Shown here: positions 31,508 through 40,775 of the stretch, piece after piece
Position numbering within the stretch: the stretch's first letter is position 1
How the letters are laid out: each line of letters begins with the position of its first letter
Assembly (NCBI GenBank): GCA_964570665.1
Contig: CAZMZH010000001.1
Coordinates: forward strand, 67,743-131,742
Reading direction: 5' to 3'
DNA length: 64,000 bases
DNA from: an uncultured Nitrospinota bacterium
Lineage (GTDB): Bacteria; Nitrospinota; Nitrospinia; Nitrospinales; JAJDAT01
Position numbers and translations under genes: made by a program
The notes under the pieces: model-generated
Told to the model about the DNA's origin: nothing
What the model saw: only the letters and a program-made list of their open reading frames with translations
Database searches by the model: none

Positions 31508-31786
31508 CTACCCTTGCTTAGGAAGAGCCTTTGTTCCTTCAACCTCAACCCTATCAATGCTATGCAAAGATCCTCCTAGGTTTTTGATTGTGTCTACAAT
31601 AGCGTCAAAATCAATGTCTTCTCCATCGATGTCCAAAATAATGGACTCTGTTTTTTCATCAACCTCTTCAACAGTGAGCTTAACGTTACATTGGTTTTCT
31701 TGATCGGCTATTGCCTTCGCAAAATCGAGAGCGCTAGGATGGTGAGGTTTTAAAACATCTAGAATAATTCGTTTAACTTTAGACAT
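31508..31786 (-). CDS. DUF211 family protein
   Basis: 92 aa. KRIILDVLKPHHPSALDFAKAIA...IDGEDIDFDAIVDTIKNLGGSLHSIDRVEVEG matches the DUF211 consensus as I remember it. Confidence 0.75.
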   Translation of the reverse strand: MSKVKRIILDVLKPHHPSALDFAKAIADQENQCNVKLTVEEVDEKTESIILDIDGEDIDFDAIVDTIKNLGGSLHSIDRVEVEGTKALPKQG

Positions 31787-31977
31787 GGCATTCTCAAATG
31801 GGTGGGGTTACGAAGAAATTTTAATAAGATATAGATCCAATATTACGTTAGCGAGGCAACTTTTTCCAGATAAGATTTGATGGAGTATTTAATTTTGATT
31901 AGCTTTTAAAAGGAGGAAGATCAAACCAACTTTTCCAAACTTTAGAGGATTAGAACGCAACTCCTGATAAGCCTTTT

Positions 31978-32976
31978 TTACTTAATTTTTGCTCGCGCAA
32001 TGTAATTTGAATCCTCGCCAAACCAAAGTTCTCCCGACGGTTTATGAAAAATCATATGACGCACCGATCCTGCTCCGCTCGGGATTTCTGTGATACTAAA
32101 GAATTTTTTAATCGAAGTATTAAAACCTACCAATCGATTCGGCATAGAGCCCGTTTCAACAAACCAAAGGTTGTTTTTATCGTCCACCGTCATAGCGTAA
32201 GGATAAGAATCTTTTCCTCCTGGCAACAACCATTGTTTAAATTTCTTTTTCCCTGGATCAAATCTTCCTAAAAAGCCTTCTGCATAATCGACATACCAGA
32301 TCTTACCGTCTGACGTTATCGCCAACCGCCTGGGCTTTGAGTTTTTACTGGGTAATTCATACTCTTCTAACATCATAGTATCTGGGTTTACAGTCGCCAA
32401 CTTGTAACTTCCGAATAAAACAATCCATGGCCGATCATTCGAGTCAACGCCAATGCCATAGGGCCTGGCATTTTGAGTGGGAATTTTTATAAGCTTAACC
32501 TCTCCCGTTTCTACCATAAGCTTACCGATAAAGTTTCCGTGTTGAACCGTAAACCAAATATTGCCGGCGCTATCAAATACAAGCGTGTGAGGATCTCCAG
32601 CCTCTTTATTTGGCATAGGATACCGAATGATTTCTCCCGAAGTAGAGTTTAGCTGACCAATGTAGGCATTGCGGTTCCCAGCGAACCAGACAAATCCATC
32701 GTTATCCACAATGAGATTGTGCGGCCCCGCCCCCTTTTCTAAATCGTACTTTATAAATTTCCCAGAAGTTGGATTGAGGTAAGCCAGATAACCGCCGCCT
32801 TGCCCGCAAAACCAGACACGCCCTTTTCCATCGACATAGGGATCGCGCGGTCGGGTGTTTTCCCATGGAACTTGCCACTCGGAAATTTCAACCGGGTTAG
32901 CTTGAGCGCTAGTAAAACCGTCGAAGGGAAAAAATAAAATGGCAAAAATAACTGTTAGGCGAAAAGAAAATTTCAT
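31978..32976 (-). CDS. secreted beta-propeller protein, Vgb (streptogramin lyase)-like repeats
   Basis: 332 aa with a signal peptide. There are 6-7 repeats of the form GPHNLIVDNDGFVWFAG / DPHTLVFDSAGNIWFT / RPYGIGVDSNDRPWIV / PYAMTVDDKNNLWFVE. Confidence 0.6.
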   Translation of the reverse strand: MKFSFRLTVIFAILFFPFDGFTSAQANPVEISEWQVPWENTRPRDPYVDGKGRVWFCGQGGGYLAYLNPTSGKFIKYDLEKGAGPHNLIVDNDGFVWFAGNRNAYIGQLNSTSGEIIRYPMPNKEAGDPHTLVFDSAGNIWFTVQHGNFIGKLMVETGEVKLIKIPTQNARPYGIGVDSNDRPWIVLFGSYKLATVNPDTMMLEEYELPSKNSKPRRLAITSDGKIWYVDYAEGFLGRFDPGKKKFKQWLLPGGKDSYPYAMTVDDKNNLWFVETGSMPNRLVGFNTSIKKFFSITEIPSGAGSVRHMIFHKPSGELWFGEDSNYIARAKIK

Positions 32977-33439
32977 CCGATTACCTCTTATATTGAATCG
33001 TCATTAATTAAACTACTTCGCTGCCATTTTTCCTAGAAATTTTTAGAACTTGGTTTCCTTGACTAAATCACTATTAATTATTACTCACTAAACTTTCTAC
33101 GGAGGGAAATGGCTTAAATTTGAATTTAAGACATTTCATCATTTTAGTTATTGATTAGTTTTCTTGTAGATGAACCTGCCTCAAGAGTATATTCGAACGA
33201 AAAACACGTTTGGTTTACGGAGACAGATTAATAATCATCATTTATTTTACCAATAAGATAAAAGAAGGGGGGGAAATGAATACAATAAAACTAATCTGAA
33301 AGTTAAAGTTCTATGCTTAACATTAAATACTTAAACCGATAGTTCCTGTAGCCAGCTTTCATTTTTTTGAGAGCAAAAAACCTGCTATAATCCAATCGCC
33401 AAATATCTTACATGCCAAAAATTAAACTGGTAAAACAAC

Positions 33440-36400
33440 ATGGAACAAACACAATACTGGGCTATTAAAATAAGTGAGAACATAGCTAATAATTTAAAAA
33501 ATCCACAATCCTCATTTTCTTCTATCGAAATAAAATATCTTCAGAGATTAAAAGAGTTATCAGAAAGGAAACAAGGAGACTTTTTTTATATTTTTGTTTC
33601 AAGAGAAAATTTGGAATTAATTGGATGGGGGAGATTTAATGACCATAACTTTGAAACGGCAACAGATTCAAACTATGTCTTCGATTCTTTTGAAAACCCT
33701 ATAAATATGTCATCTCTTTCGAACGATGAGTTTTGGGCTGGGCATCCTATTTTTGATTCTCCTCCTGATTCCACCTTCAAACTGAATGATTCAAAAGCTG
33801 AATCATTAAATAGTTTTATTAGTAGAAACAGAAAAATTCCTCAAGACCAAGAGGAAGAAGCCTCTACATCAAAAGACGAAACCGAAGTCCTGGAGAAGAA
33901 ACTAATATTTTTTGATAATTTAAATCCCCAACCTACTTTTCACACTAAAGAATTAATTAGTTTCGCTGGGGGACTTTCCATTGGAAAATACAAAAGAAAA
34001 GAATTATTGAGCTCAACGTGTTTACTATTGGCGTATTTAGAAAACGTAAGATTCAACTCTAGCTACAAATTATCCAAATATTTTCAAACTAGTAAAACTT
34101 TTGTCAATTTTTTGAATGGCATTAAAAACAAGGACGAAAAGCAGTATTTAAATTCACGAGAAAGCTATTTGGATTTAGATCATCAAAAACTATTCCATTC
34201 TGTACCGGAAATGCTTGATGCAAAGTGCTCTATAAGCGATTACTCTCAAAAAATTCTTTTGAAGGCCGCTGAACTATCCCATAATAACCATTTATCTTAT
34301 GGAATAGATATAAAAGAATCAGACTACTCTGGTCCATTCTTCAACATAGAACATCTTTTTGCGGCGGTTTTAATAGTTCCGAACACAGGAGCATCTAAGT
34401 TTTTAGAAAAACTTGGTTGGACTTCCAAAGAATTAAAAGAAAAATATTTTGAGTTTATCAGTACAGAACAACCCAGTCATTCTAAGACTTGGAGAAAAAT
34501 CCTTTTCCCTGAAGAAAGCACATCTCAAACTCCAGATCAAGAAACTCAAAACACTCACCGAAAAATCATCGATATCCACGGAGGCGAAGGACATGCAGAC
34601 TTTTCTTCCGACCAGGTCGGCCCTAATCTAGATGACTTAATTGGAACAGAGAAAGAAGCAGAATCAATGGCCCGTTTCGTAGCTTCAAAACATATTTCTC
34701 CTCCATTATCAGTTGGTCTGTTTGGAGACTGGGGTTCTGGTAAAAGCTTTTTCATGCAAAAAATGATAAAACATGTCGAAGAGTTCACAAAAAAAGATAA
34801 CAAAATTTTTCATAAAGAGATTGTCCCGATTGAGTTCAACGCTTGGCACTACATTGAAACCAACCTATGGGCGAGCTTAGTCAGCCATATATTTGAAACT
34901 CTAGAAAAAAAACTAAGCCAAAAAGAAACTATTGAGGAAGAAAAAAAAGAAAAAGAAAAATTTGAAAAATTATTTGCCGAACTTGAAACTGCCAAGACGA
35001 TGAAAGACGAGGCAGAGCGCTCAAGAGATTCCGCAATAACTAATCTAACTAATACCAAAACCGATCTTAACACCGCTCAAATTAATTATAATAATGCCAT
35101 TTCAAGTCAAACTGAAATTAAAGGTAGAGACTTATGGATAGGAATCGGGAAAGCATTTCTAAAAAAATTAAATTCTAGCGAGGGTGAAAAATTAAAAAAA
35201 GAACTGTTAGCGGCACAAAAAAAACTCGGTCTAACAAGCCTTATCGAATCCGCCAAGGAAATGGATACTGTTTTCCAGGAAGCTAAATCCGTTACGAATA
35301 GATCGAAGATCATTTTCTCATCCGTTTTTTTAAAAAACGGAAAACAATATATTTTTCTATTTATAGCTCTGATAGCAGTAGGTTCAATAGGAAACGAGGT
35401 AATATTTTCATGGCATCACGAATTTCATAAATTAGCCGAACTATTAGGGGAAGCATCGACTTTAATGGCAACCTTTGTCGGCTGGGTTGGAATTTATGCC
35501 AATAAAGCGTCAAACGCCTTAGACAAAATAGAATCGGCAAAAACCATATTCGACGAATCAATAAAAGAGATCAATCAATGTCAACAAGACGCTCTAAGGA
35601 AAGTAGAAGGCGACATTCTGAGTCTCCAAACCGAATTAAATATAGCTGAAGAACACTTTAAACAAGCTAGGCAAAATTTAACTGACGCTGAAAAAAAATT
35701 AAAAGAAGGAAGCGCGCGTGGTCGTCTCCAACAATTTATTAAGGAGAAAGCCTCTAGCGAAAAATATTCTAAACACCTAGGAATTGTCGCAACGATCCGA
35801 AAAGATTTTGAAACCTTAACAAAACTAATGAAAGCCGTTCAAATTCAAGATGGAGAAATAAAACCCAACTCTAAAGATCCTGAAGATAAAAAAATAATGA
35901 AAATGTGGAAAGCCGATTTGTTAAACGGGATTCCAAAATTTGATCGTATCGTCCTGTATATCGACGATCTAGACAGATGCCCTGCTGAAAAGGTAGTTGA
36001 GGTTTTACAAGCCGTTCATTTACTTTTAGCGTTCAGGCTTTTTGTAGTCGTTGTAGGTATTGACGCTCGTTGGGTTTCGCATTCTCTTAAAAAAGTTTAT
36101 CCCGACCTTTTACGCGAAGACATTAACTTTAAATCGCTCAATCAAGATTCCTCAGAAAGATCAGATAATAAAAATGGAAACTCAAACACTCTCACATCCG
36201 ACTTCGCCGCTTCCTCTCACGATTATTTAGAAAAAATTTTTCAAGTCCCTTATTGGGTAAGACCCATGAGTTCTGGTAGCGTTGAGAATTATATTGCTAA
36301 TTTAACAGGACAAAAGAAAAAGTCGCAAAAGGACAATCCCCCCCCTAAACCTATAATCGTGGAGAAACATGAAATTTCAAAACTAGACATCGGGAGGAAA

Positions 36401-36982
36401 AAAAGGGAAGAAACAAAACCAATCGAGCAACCTCAAAAACCAATTATCGTTCCGCCTGCAAAACCTCCGAAGGAAGATCTCAAGCAAGTTAAATATAAAA
36501 AACCTACCGATGAACCCAAACAAACTCAGGACGAAAGTTTTACACTAGAAGATGACGAGATTCAATTTATGAAAAAACTAAGTCCCTACATAGGTACGTC
36601 GCCCAGGCGTGTCAAACGGTTTGTCAATACTTATCGTATTATCAAAGCGGGAATTAAGAATGACGACTTAGAAGAGTTTTTAAAAAATAACAATGGAGTA
36701 TCTCAATTTCAAGCGGTTATTGTCCAATTAGCCATTATTGTGGGAGCGCCTCATATAGCTCCTTTTTATTTCGAAGCGCTTAAAGACTCAAAAGATTTTG
36801 ATAGTTATAAAACACGTTTAAATAAAATCCAAAAAAGAGAAGATCCACATAATACATTTCCGTGGGAACTAATTGAAGACGCCCTTAAAGAATCCGGTAT
36901 AGAAGATACCGAACTATTGAGCGACTGGGCAGGTTGGGTAATGCGTTATTCATTCCATTGCCGCCCCATTGGCGATTTTTAA
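33440..36982 (+). CDS. KAP-family P-loop NTPase with N-terminal accessory modules and intra-domain transmembrane hairpin
   Basis: 1180 aa. Walker A GLFGDWGSGKSFFM, EFNAWHY, a long coiled-coil, two hydrophobic helices (YIFLFIALIAVGSIG..., ASTLMATFVGWVGIYA), Walker B VLYIDDLDRC, and C-terminal RRVKRFVNTYRI. The N-terminal 350 aa are extra (see findings). Confidence 0.8.
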   Translation: MEQTQYWAIKISENIANNLKNPQSSFSSIEIKYLQRLKELSERKQGDFFYIFVSRENLELIGWGRFNDHNFETATDSNYVFDSFENPINMSSLSNDEFWAGHPIFDSPPDSTFKLNDSKAESLNSFISRNRKIPQDQEEEASTSKDETEVLEKKLIFFDNLNPQPTFHTKELISFAGGLSIGKYKRKELLSSTCLLLAYLENVRFNSSYKLSKYFQTSKTFVNFLNGIKNKDEKQYLNSRESYLDLDHQKLFHSVPEMLDAKCSISDYSQKILLKAAELSHNNHLSYGIDIKESDYSGPFFNIEHLFAAVLIVPNTGASKFLEKLGWTSKELKEKYFEFISTEQPSHSKTWRKILFPEESTSQTPDQETQNTHRKIIDIHGGEGHADFSSDQVGPNLDDLIGTEKEAESMARFVASKHISPPLSVGLFGDWGSGKSFFMQKMIKHVEEFTKKDNKIFHKEIVPIEFNAWHYIETNLWASLVSHIFETLEKKLSQKETIEEEKKEKEKFEKLFAELETAKTMKDEAERSRDSAITNLTNTKTDLNTAQINYNNAISSQTEIKGRDLWIGIGKAFLKKLNSSEGEKLKKELLAAQKKLGLTSLIESAKEMDTVFQEAKSVTNRSKIIFSSVFLKNGKQYIFLFIALIAVGSIGNEVIFSWHHEFHKLAELLGEASTLMATFVGWVGIYANKASNALDKIESAKTIFDESIKEINQCQQDALRKVEGDILSLQTELNIAEEHFKQARQNLTDAEKKLKEGSARGRLQQFIKEKASSEKYSKHLGIVATIRKDFETLTKLMKAVQIQDGEIKPNSKDPEDKKIMKMWKADLLNGIPKFDRIVLYIDDLDRCPAEKVVEVLQAVHLLLAFRLFVVVVGIDARWVSHSLKKVYPDLLREDINFKSLNQDSSERSDNKNGNSNTLTSDFAASSHDYLEKIFQVPYWVRPMSSGSVENYIANLTGQKKKSQKDNPPPKPIIVEKHEISKLDIGRKKREETKPIEQPQKPIIVPPAKPPKEDLKQVKYKKPTDEPKQTQDESFTLEDDEIQFMKKLSPYIGTSPRRVKRFVNTYRIIKAGIKNDDLEEFLKNNNGVSQFQAVIVQLAIIVGAPHIAPFYFEALKDSKDFDSYKTRLNKIQKREDPHNTFPWELIEDALKESGIEDTELLSDWAGWVMRYSFHCRPIGDF
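36338..36345 (+). repeat. homopolymeric C8 tract inside the KAP NTPase coding sequence
   Basis: Read directly: gacaatCCCCCCCCtaaac, encoding NPPPK at the start of a Lys/Pro-rich linker with repeated KPIIV. Confidence 0.9.
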
Positions 36983-37289
36983 TAATGAGCGCTATCTCGC
37001 CTGAATCAATCTCCACCTATTGCATGGAATAATTTTATAAGTTTTCTTGTCATTGCTATTTTCTTTTGCGCTCATTTTTATCCAATTCTGTTATTTTGCT
37101 TTCTCTATCTCCTTCACGCAATCGAAACGATCATTCCCTTGGAAGGAATTTCTGGTGGTCGATGCGCAGCCTTCACATTAAACGGATTAAAAAATGTTTA
37201 GGAATTTGAGTCGTAAGGAGAAAGCCGGAAGAATCCCCAAACACCAGAGTACAAACTAGTGTTCGGGGAAAGAATACCAGCCAATCTAA

Positions 37290-37682
37290 TCAATGAATAT
37301 TGTAATCCGTATGTTTCCCATTCTTCGAATGGATGAGTGTGGCAACCACTCCATAATTTTCCGAAACTAAAAAATCAAGGTCGTACTTAGCGCCACTCGC
37401 AGAATCCATGAAATCGGCGCAAGTCACAAAATAGGGGAATTTTCTTCCTTTAATTTCCACGCTATCGTGCAACTTGTCAAAATCCAATTGTAAAATAGAG
37501 CGGCTTTCTGGATCGTAAACAGGAAACTTTCCGTTGCCATTCAATTCAGTTACCGATTCAATATGTTTCTCCATGGCTTTATGAATCGCATCTCGGTGGT
37601 TGGCTGCGATCCCCGTGTCAGCCGCAACCGCCCCGGTCATTAGAATAAAAACAAAACACAATATAGGAATTAATTTTTTCAT
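37290..37682 (-). CDS. small secreted/periplasmic protein, unknown function
   Basis: 130 aa. Signal peptide MKKLIPILCFVFILMTGAVA. Lies 54 nt downstream of the P460-like gene on the same strand. Confidence 0.55.
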   Translation of the reverse strand: MKKLIPILCFVFILMTGAVAADTGIAANHRDAIHKAMEKHIESVTELNGNGKFPVYDPESRSILQLDFDKLHDSVEIKGRKFPYFVTCADFMDSASGAKYDLDFLVSENYGVVATLIHSKNGKHTDYNIH

Positions 37683-37736
37683 TCTTTGTTCTCCTTAAAA
37701 ATCTGTGGATTTTTGGTCAGAAATAACAACACAATC

Positions 37737-38342
37737 TTATTTCCTACCCGGCTTGGCAGCCTTGAGTACCGGATAATATTGAGTGAAAACCCAGTCGTCT
37801 TTGCCGAAAGCCTGGTGACAAAAGTTACATTTGGTCTTAGGCATAGCCTTTGTGATTGTTTTGTGAGGCTTACCTATCGGAGTAGTAAAACTGAAATAAG
37901 CCCAGTTTCCCGGTTCGTCCTTGAATCGCTTGGTATCTTTAATGGTAGCTTCTAGACCAATGAAATCCCCGTTGAAATACCCTTTACCGCTGGGGGCTTG
38001 CTTTTTACCCACGCTTAGGAGTTCTTTGACTAAGATGGTTCCATTCGGGAAGCCTCCAGTACGCTCATACACTTTAAATTGTTCGAGAGGAATGTAAACG
38101 TGATGAAATTCGGGAAAGGCCGCCTTTCCATTGTTCATATCGTTTGGAGTCAACGGAGATCCGACGAAAACCCACTGTCGGTAACCTTTTGGTTGCTTCA
38201 AATTTCCCGATCCATCAAATTCGTAGTACTTAGATTTACTTTTTTCTGCGCTTACAGGCAAAACGTATATCCCAGAAGCTAAAACCATTAAGGTGGCTAC
38301 GCTCAGGAAAAAAACTATCCGGTTTGTTATCTTGAAGTTCAT
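37737..38342 (-). CDS. cytochrome P460-like periplasmic mono-heme protein
   Basis: 201 aa. Signal peptide, a single CNFCH (CxxCH) motif near the C-terminus, and size and layout consistent with the cytochrome P460 family. Confidence 0.55.
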   Translation of the reverse strand: MNFKITNRIVFFLSVATLMVLASGIYVLPVSAEKSKSKYYEFDGSGNLKQPKGYRQWVFVGSPLTPNDMNNGKAAFPEFHHVYIPLEQFKVYERTGGFPNGTILVKELLSVGKKQAPSGKGYFNGDFIGLEATIKDTKRFKDEPGNWAYFSFTTPIGKPHKTITKAMPKTKCNFCHQAFGKDDWVFTQYYPVLKAAKPGRK

Positions 38343-38781
38343 GATCTGCTCCTATTAAATAAAAAAAATAAAAGCTGCTTATTGAACGCGCTTTGGCTGT
38401 TAGTGTATGAAGCGCTCGATTTCTTACAAATTACGCAAAATTAAAAAACACAGCTTTTTTTATGGAGCGTCCAGATCATTCTTTTTGGTAATAACTTACT
38501 TATGTAATCCAAGATCTCTAATTGGAATGGACTGAGGGATTTGACGACAGAATCAAGCCATAGGCGTTAAAGGTAAATAGTCAAGGAGGTGTGGGGTTTG
38601 AATTGTAGGGAGAGAGCGATCGCTTATATAATCCGAAAACGGAACATTTTTTAAAGTTAATTTAAATTATGGCTTTACAGAAAAAGGAGGAGATGGTCGC
38701 CTTCCCTGTCAAAAGCTTGTTTGGGAGAAATTCCTTCGTGCAAAGGGTTAGACTTTCCATCTTAATTCATGATTTAAATGG

Positions 38782-38841
38782 TGAGCCTTTAAAAAATCAA
38801 ACCTGCAAGTTTTCACCTTCAACCTATTGATTAAGAGTCAA
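38782..38841 (-). repeat. degenerate pseudo-copy of tRNA-Lys 3' part (att-like remnant), copy 1
   Basis: tgagcctttaaaaaatcaaacc + tgcaagttttca + ccttcaacctattgattaagagtcaa. The last 27 nt (38815-38841) are identical to the intact tRNA gene at 60667-60693. The layout is the same as the copy at 48364-48420. Confidence 0.7.
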
Positions 38842-38988
38842 ATACGGCTACTTTTTGTAACCGTTTTATTTTGAGATGATTTCCTTAATCTGTTATCTTT
38901 TCAACCATTTAGAAGTTATCTATTAATTCTATTGAGTCCCTTAATTCCGCCACAGGAGGAAATTTCTATCAAGGTTTTATCAAGGTCG
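38831..38988 (+). repeat. dispersed repeat X, copy A (about 158 nt)
   Basis: Aligns without gaps to the reverse complement of 60208-60366, at roughly two-thirds to 70% identity by eye. It ends in the near-identical core ggaaatttctatcaaggttttatcaaggtcg. Confidence 0.7.
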
Positions 38989-39128
38989 ACTTAAAAAAAA
39001 TCTGCTATATGGTTATTAGTAGCCCATAAAATATTAATTTTCTGCAAGAAAATATTTCATAATCAAAAAATAGTTGGCTTACGATTCAATTCAGGTTTGG
39101 CTTTCTATAATTTTCAAAATTTTAATTA

Positions 39129-39731
39129 TTAATCTTTCTTTTGTAAACCACCAAGATCCTGACGGTAACTTTTGCTGTCACCATAACTGTAAAATCGTTT
39201 GTATCGATCATGAGCCGAATTTAACTTTTTTGAATGTTTGATGGGACACCAATATTGTTCCGTTCGGGAAGCAACTTCACGCGTATAAGCGATAAGGCCG
39301 TTAAAATAGCCACAAAAAAAGCAATTGAATTTTTCTAATTTGTTCAAATAAGGCAATCTATATCGGTCCAATACAATAAAATCATTCCGAATGACTAGAG
39401 GAATACCGTAAATAGGGAAGCATAGCTTTTGATAAACCGTTATAAAAAAATCCATAATTAAAGCCGGAAACCATAAGGCATATATAAATGGAGCAGTTAA
39501 TACGAAAAGAATTTTTGATTGGTGAACCCGACCAACAATTTCCGAAACCCAGAGTTCATACCGAAGCTCTGTTTTATCAAAAGTATTCGTTACCTTTTCC
39601 TCCCATTCAGCTCTAACTTCTTTTTCCAGTTTTTGAAGGCCGCCCGCTAATTCGAACTGAAATAATTTAAAGTAATTTAAAAGTTTCATTAACATTTTAG
39701 CTCCTCTCTTCGGCTTAGCCATATATGTCAT
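39129..39731 (-). CDS. hypothetical membrane protein with C-terminal Cys/His-containing region
   Basis: 200 aa. Two central hydrophobic helices, then FNCFFCGYFNG...YWCPIKH. I cannot name a family. Confidence 0.5.
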   Translation of the reverse strand: MTYMAKPKRGAKMLMKLLNYFKLFQFELAGGLQKLEKEVRAEWEEKVTNTFDKTELRYELWVSEIVGRVHQSKILFVLTAPFIYALWFPALIMDFFITVYQKLCFPIYGIPLVIRNDFIVLDRYRLPYLNKLEKFNCFFCGYFNGLIAYTREVASRTEQYWCPIKHSKKLNSAHDRYKRFYSYGDSKSYRQDLGGLQKKD

Positions 39732-40155
39732 TTTTATTTCCTTGCCTCATGTGGCAAATATTCTAGATTTCTGGCCATTATGCTGGCCTTTATCTTTCCC
39801 AACATCAGAAAACGTTCTGCCTTGGAGGTCTTGTAGGAATAGTTTGGCAATTTCAACTTTGGCCTATCCATGTTGGCGTTTATCGTTAATTTAAAGGATA
39901 CAAATTTTGTATCTAAAATATTGGATTAACTCTTAAAATGAAAACCAAGCGATTCAGGGAATATTAATACTAAAAAAGCAAGAGCCATTGAAATTACAAA
40001 AATATAAAAAACATTAATTTTCATTCCGCCCTCCATTCAAATGGGTTCTATTTGTTGAAGGAAACTTCAGTCTGTGAAGGAATCGTATCGCTTTTTCACA
40101 ATTGACCCTGAGAACTACAATTCGATGAAAAAATAGAAGCCCTAGTAGATAAAAA

Positions 40156-40503
40156 TTAAACGGGCAGATGAGATTCTCTAATATCCTTTGCTAATTGATC
40201 CATAGAGATTTTGGCGTCTTTAGTATCCGCTTGGATAACTTCTACCATTTTTGATATTGCTCCTGCCGCTTCCGCCGCTTGATTCGCCAGCTCTTTGACT
40301 TCCTTTGCAACAACAGCAAAACCTTTTCCAGAGCTACCAGCGCGCGCCGCTTCAATTGTAGCGTTTAAAGCAAGCATACTAGTTTGTCTAGCGATGGAAT
40401 TTATCATTTTGGTCGATTCACCAATATCTATACCTGCTTTCTCCAACTTTGCAATAGAACTATCTGTTCTTGCAATTTGTTCGTTTACTCTTTCGAAATC
40501 CAT
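40156..40503 (-). CDS. stand-alone methyl-accepting chemotaxis protein signalling-tip fragment
   Basis: 115 aa containing the conserved MCP hairpin tip [37 protein letters not shown]. There are no TM, HAMP or methylation-helix regions, and no MCP-like sequence upstream in any frame. Confidence 0.7.
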   Translation of the reverse strand: MDFERVNEQIARTDSSIAKLEKAGIDIGESTKMINSIARQTSMLALNATIEAARAGSSGKGFAVVAKEVKELANQAAEAAGAISKMVEVIQADTKDAKISMDQLAKDIRESHLPV

Positions 40504-40775
40504 AATATTTCCAAACCATTGTTAATGTTTTTAAAAACTCTTTTAAAGTAGGTTGATCTAAAACGAGTACTAATTTGTAATCACATCAAACCTCTTTTTT
40601 TTAAAGAAACTTTCTCAAGGCTAGGGGATGAATTTTCAAAAAAATAACCACATGAATACTTTGAATGAGTTTCGATTTCAATCAATACAGCAAACAAGTC
40701 AATCTTAAATTTAAAGGAACCTTCCGTCTCATGGGAAATATCAGACTCCCATTTACAAATGTGGATTTATTTAAA

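Noticed and set aside
33276-33299. Seven-codon mini-ORF (MNTIKLI) after a G7 run, 140 nt upstream of the KAP gene, as a leader peptide
   Set aside because: There is no attenuator-like alternative hairpin or conserved feature that I could see. Such mini-ORFs are expected by chance in AT-rich DNA.
38831-38988. Repeat X as a tRNA intron (group I) or tRNA-gene extension, because copy A starts inside the tRNA-like ttaagagt
   Set aside because: The intact tRNA-Lys is uninterrupted. X is far too short for a group I intron, and copy C is not attached to tRNA sequence.
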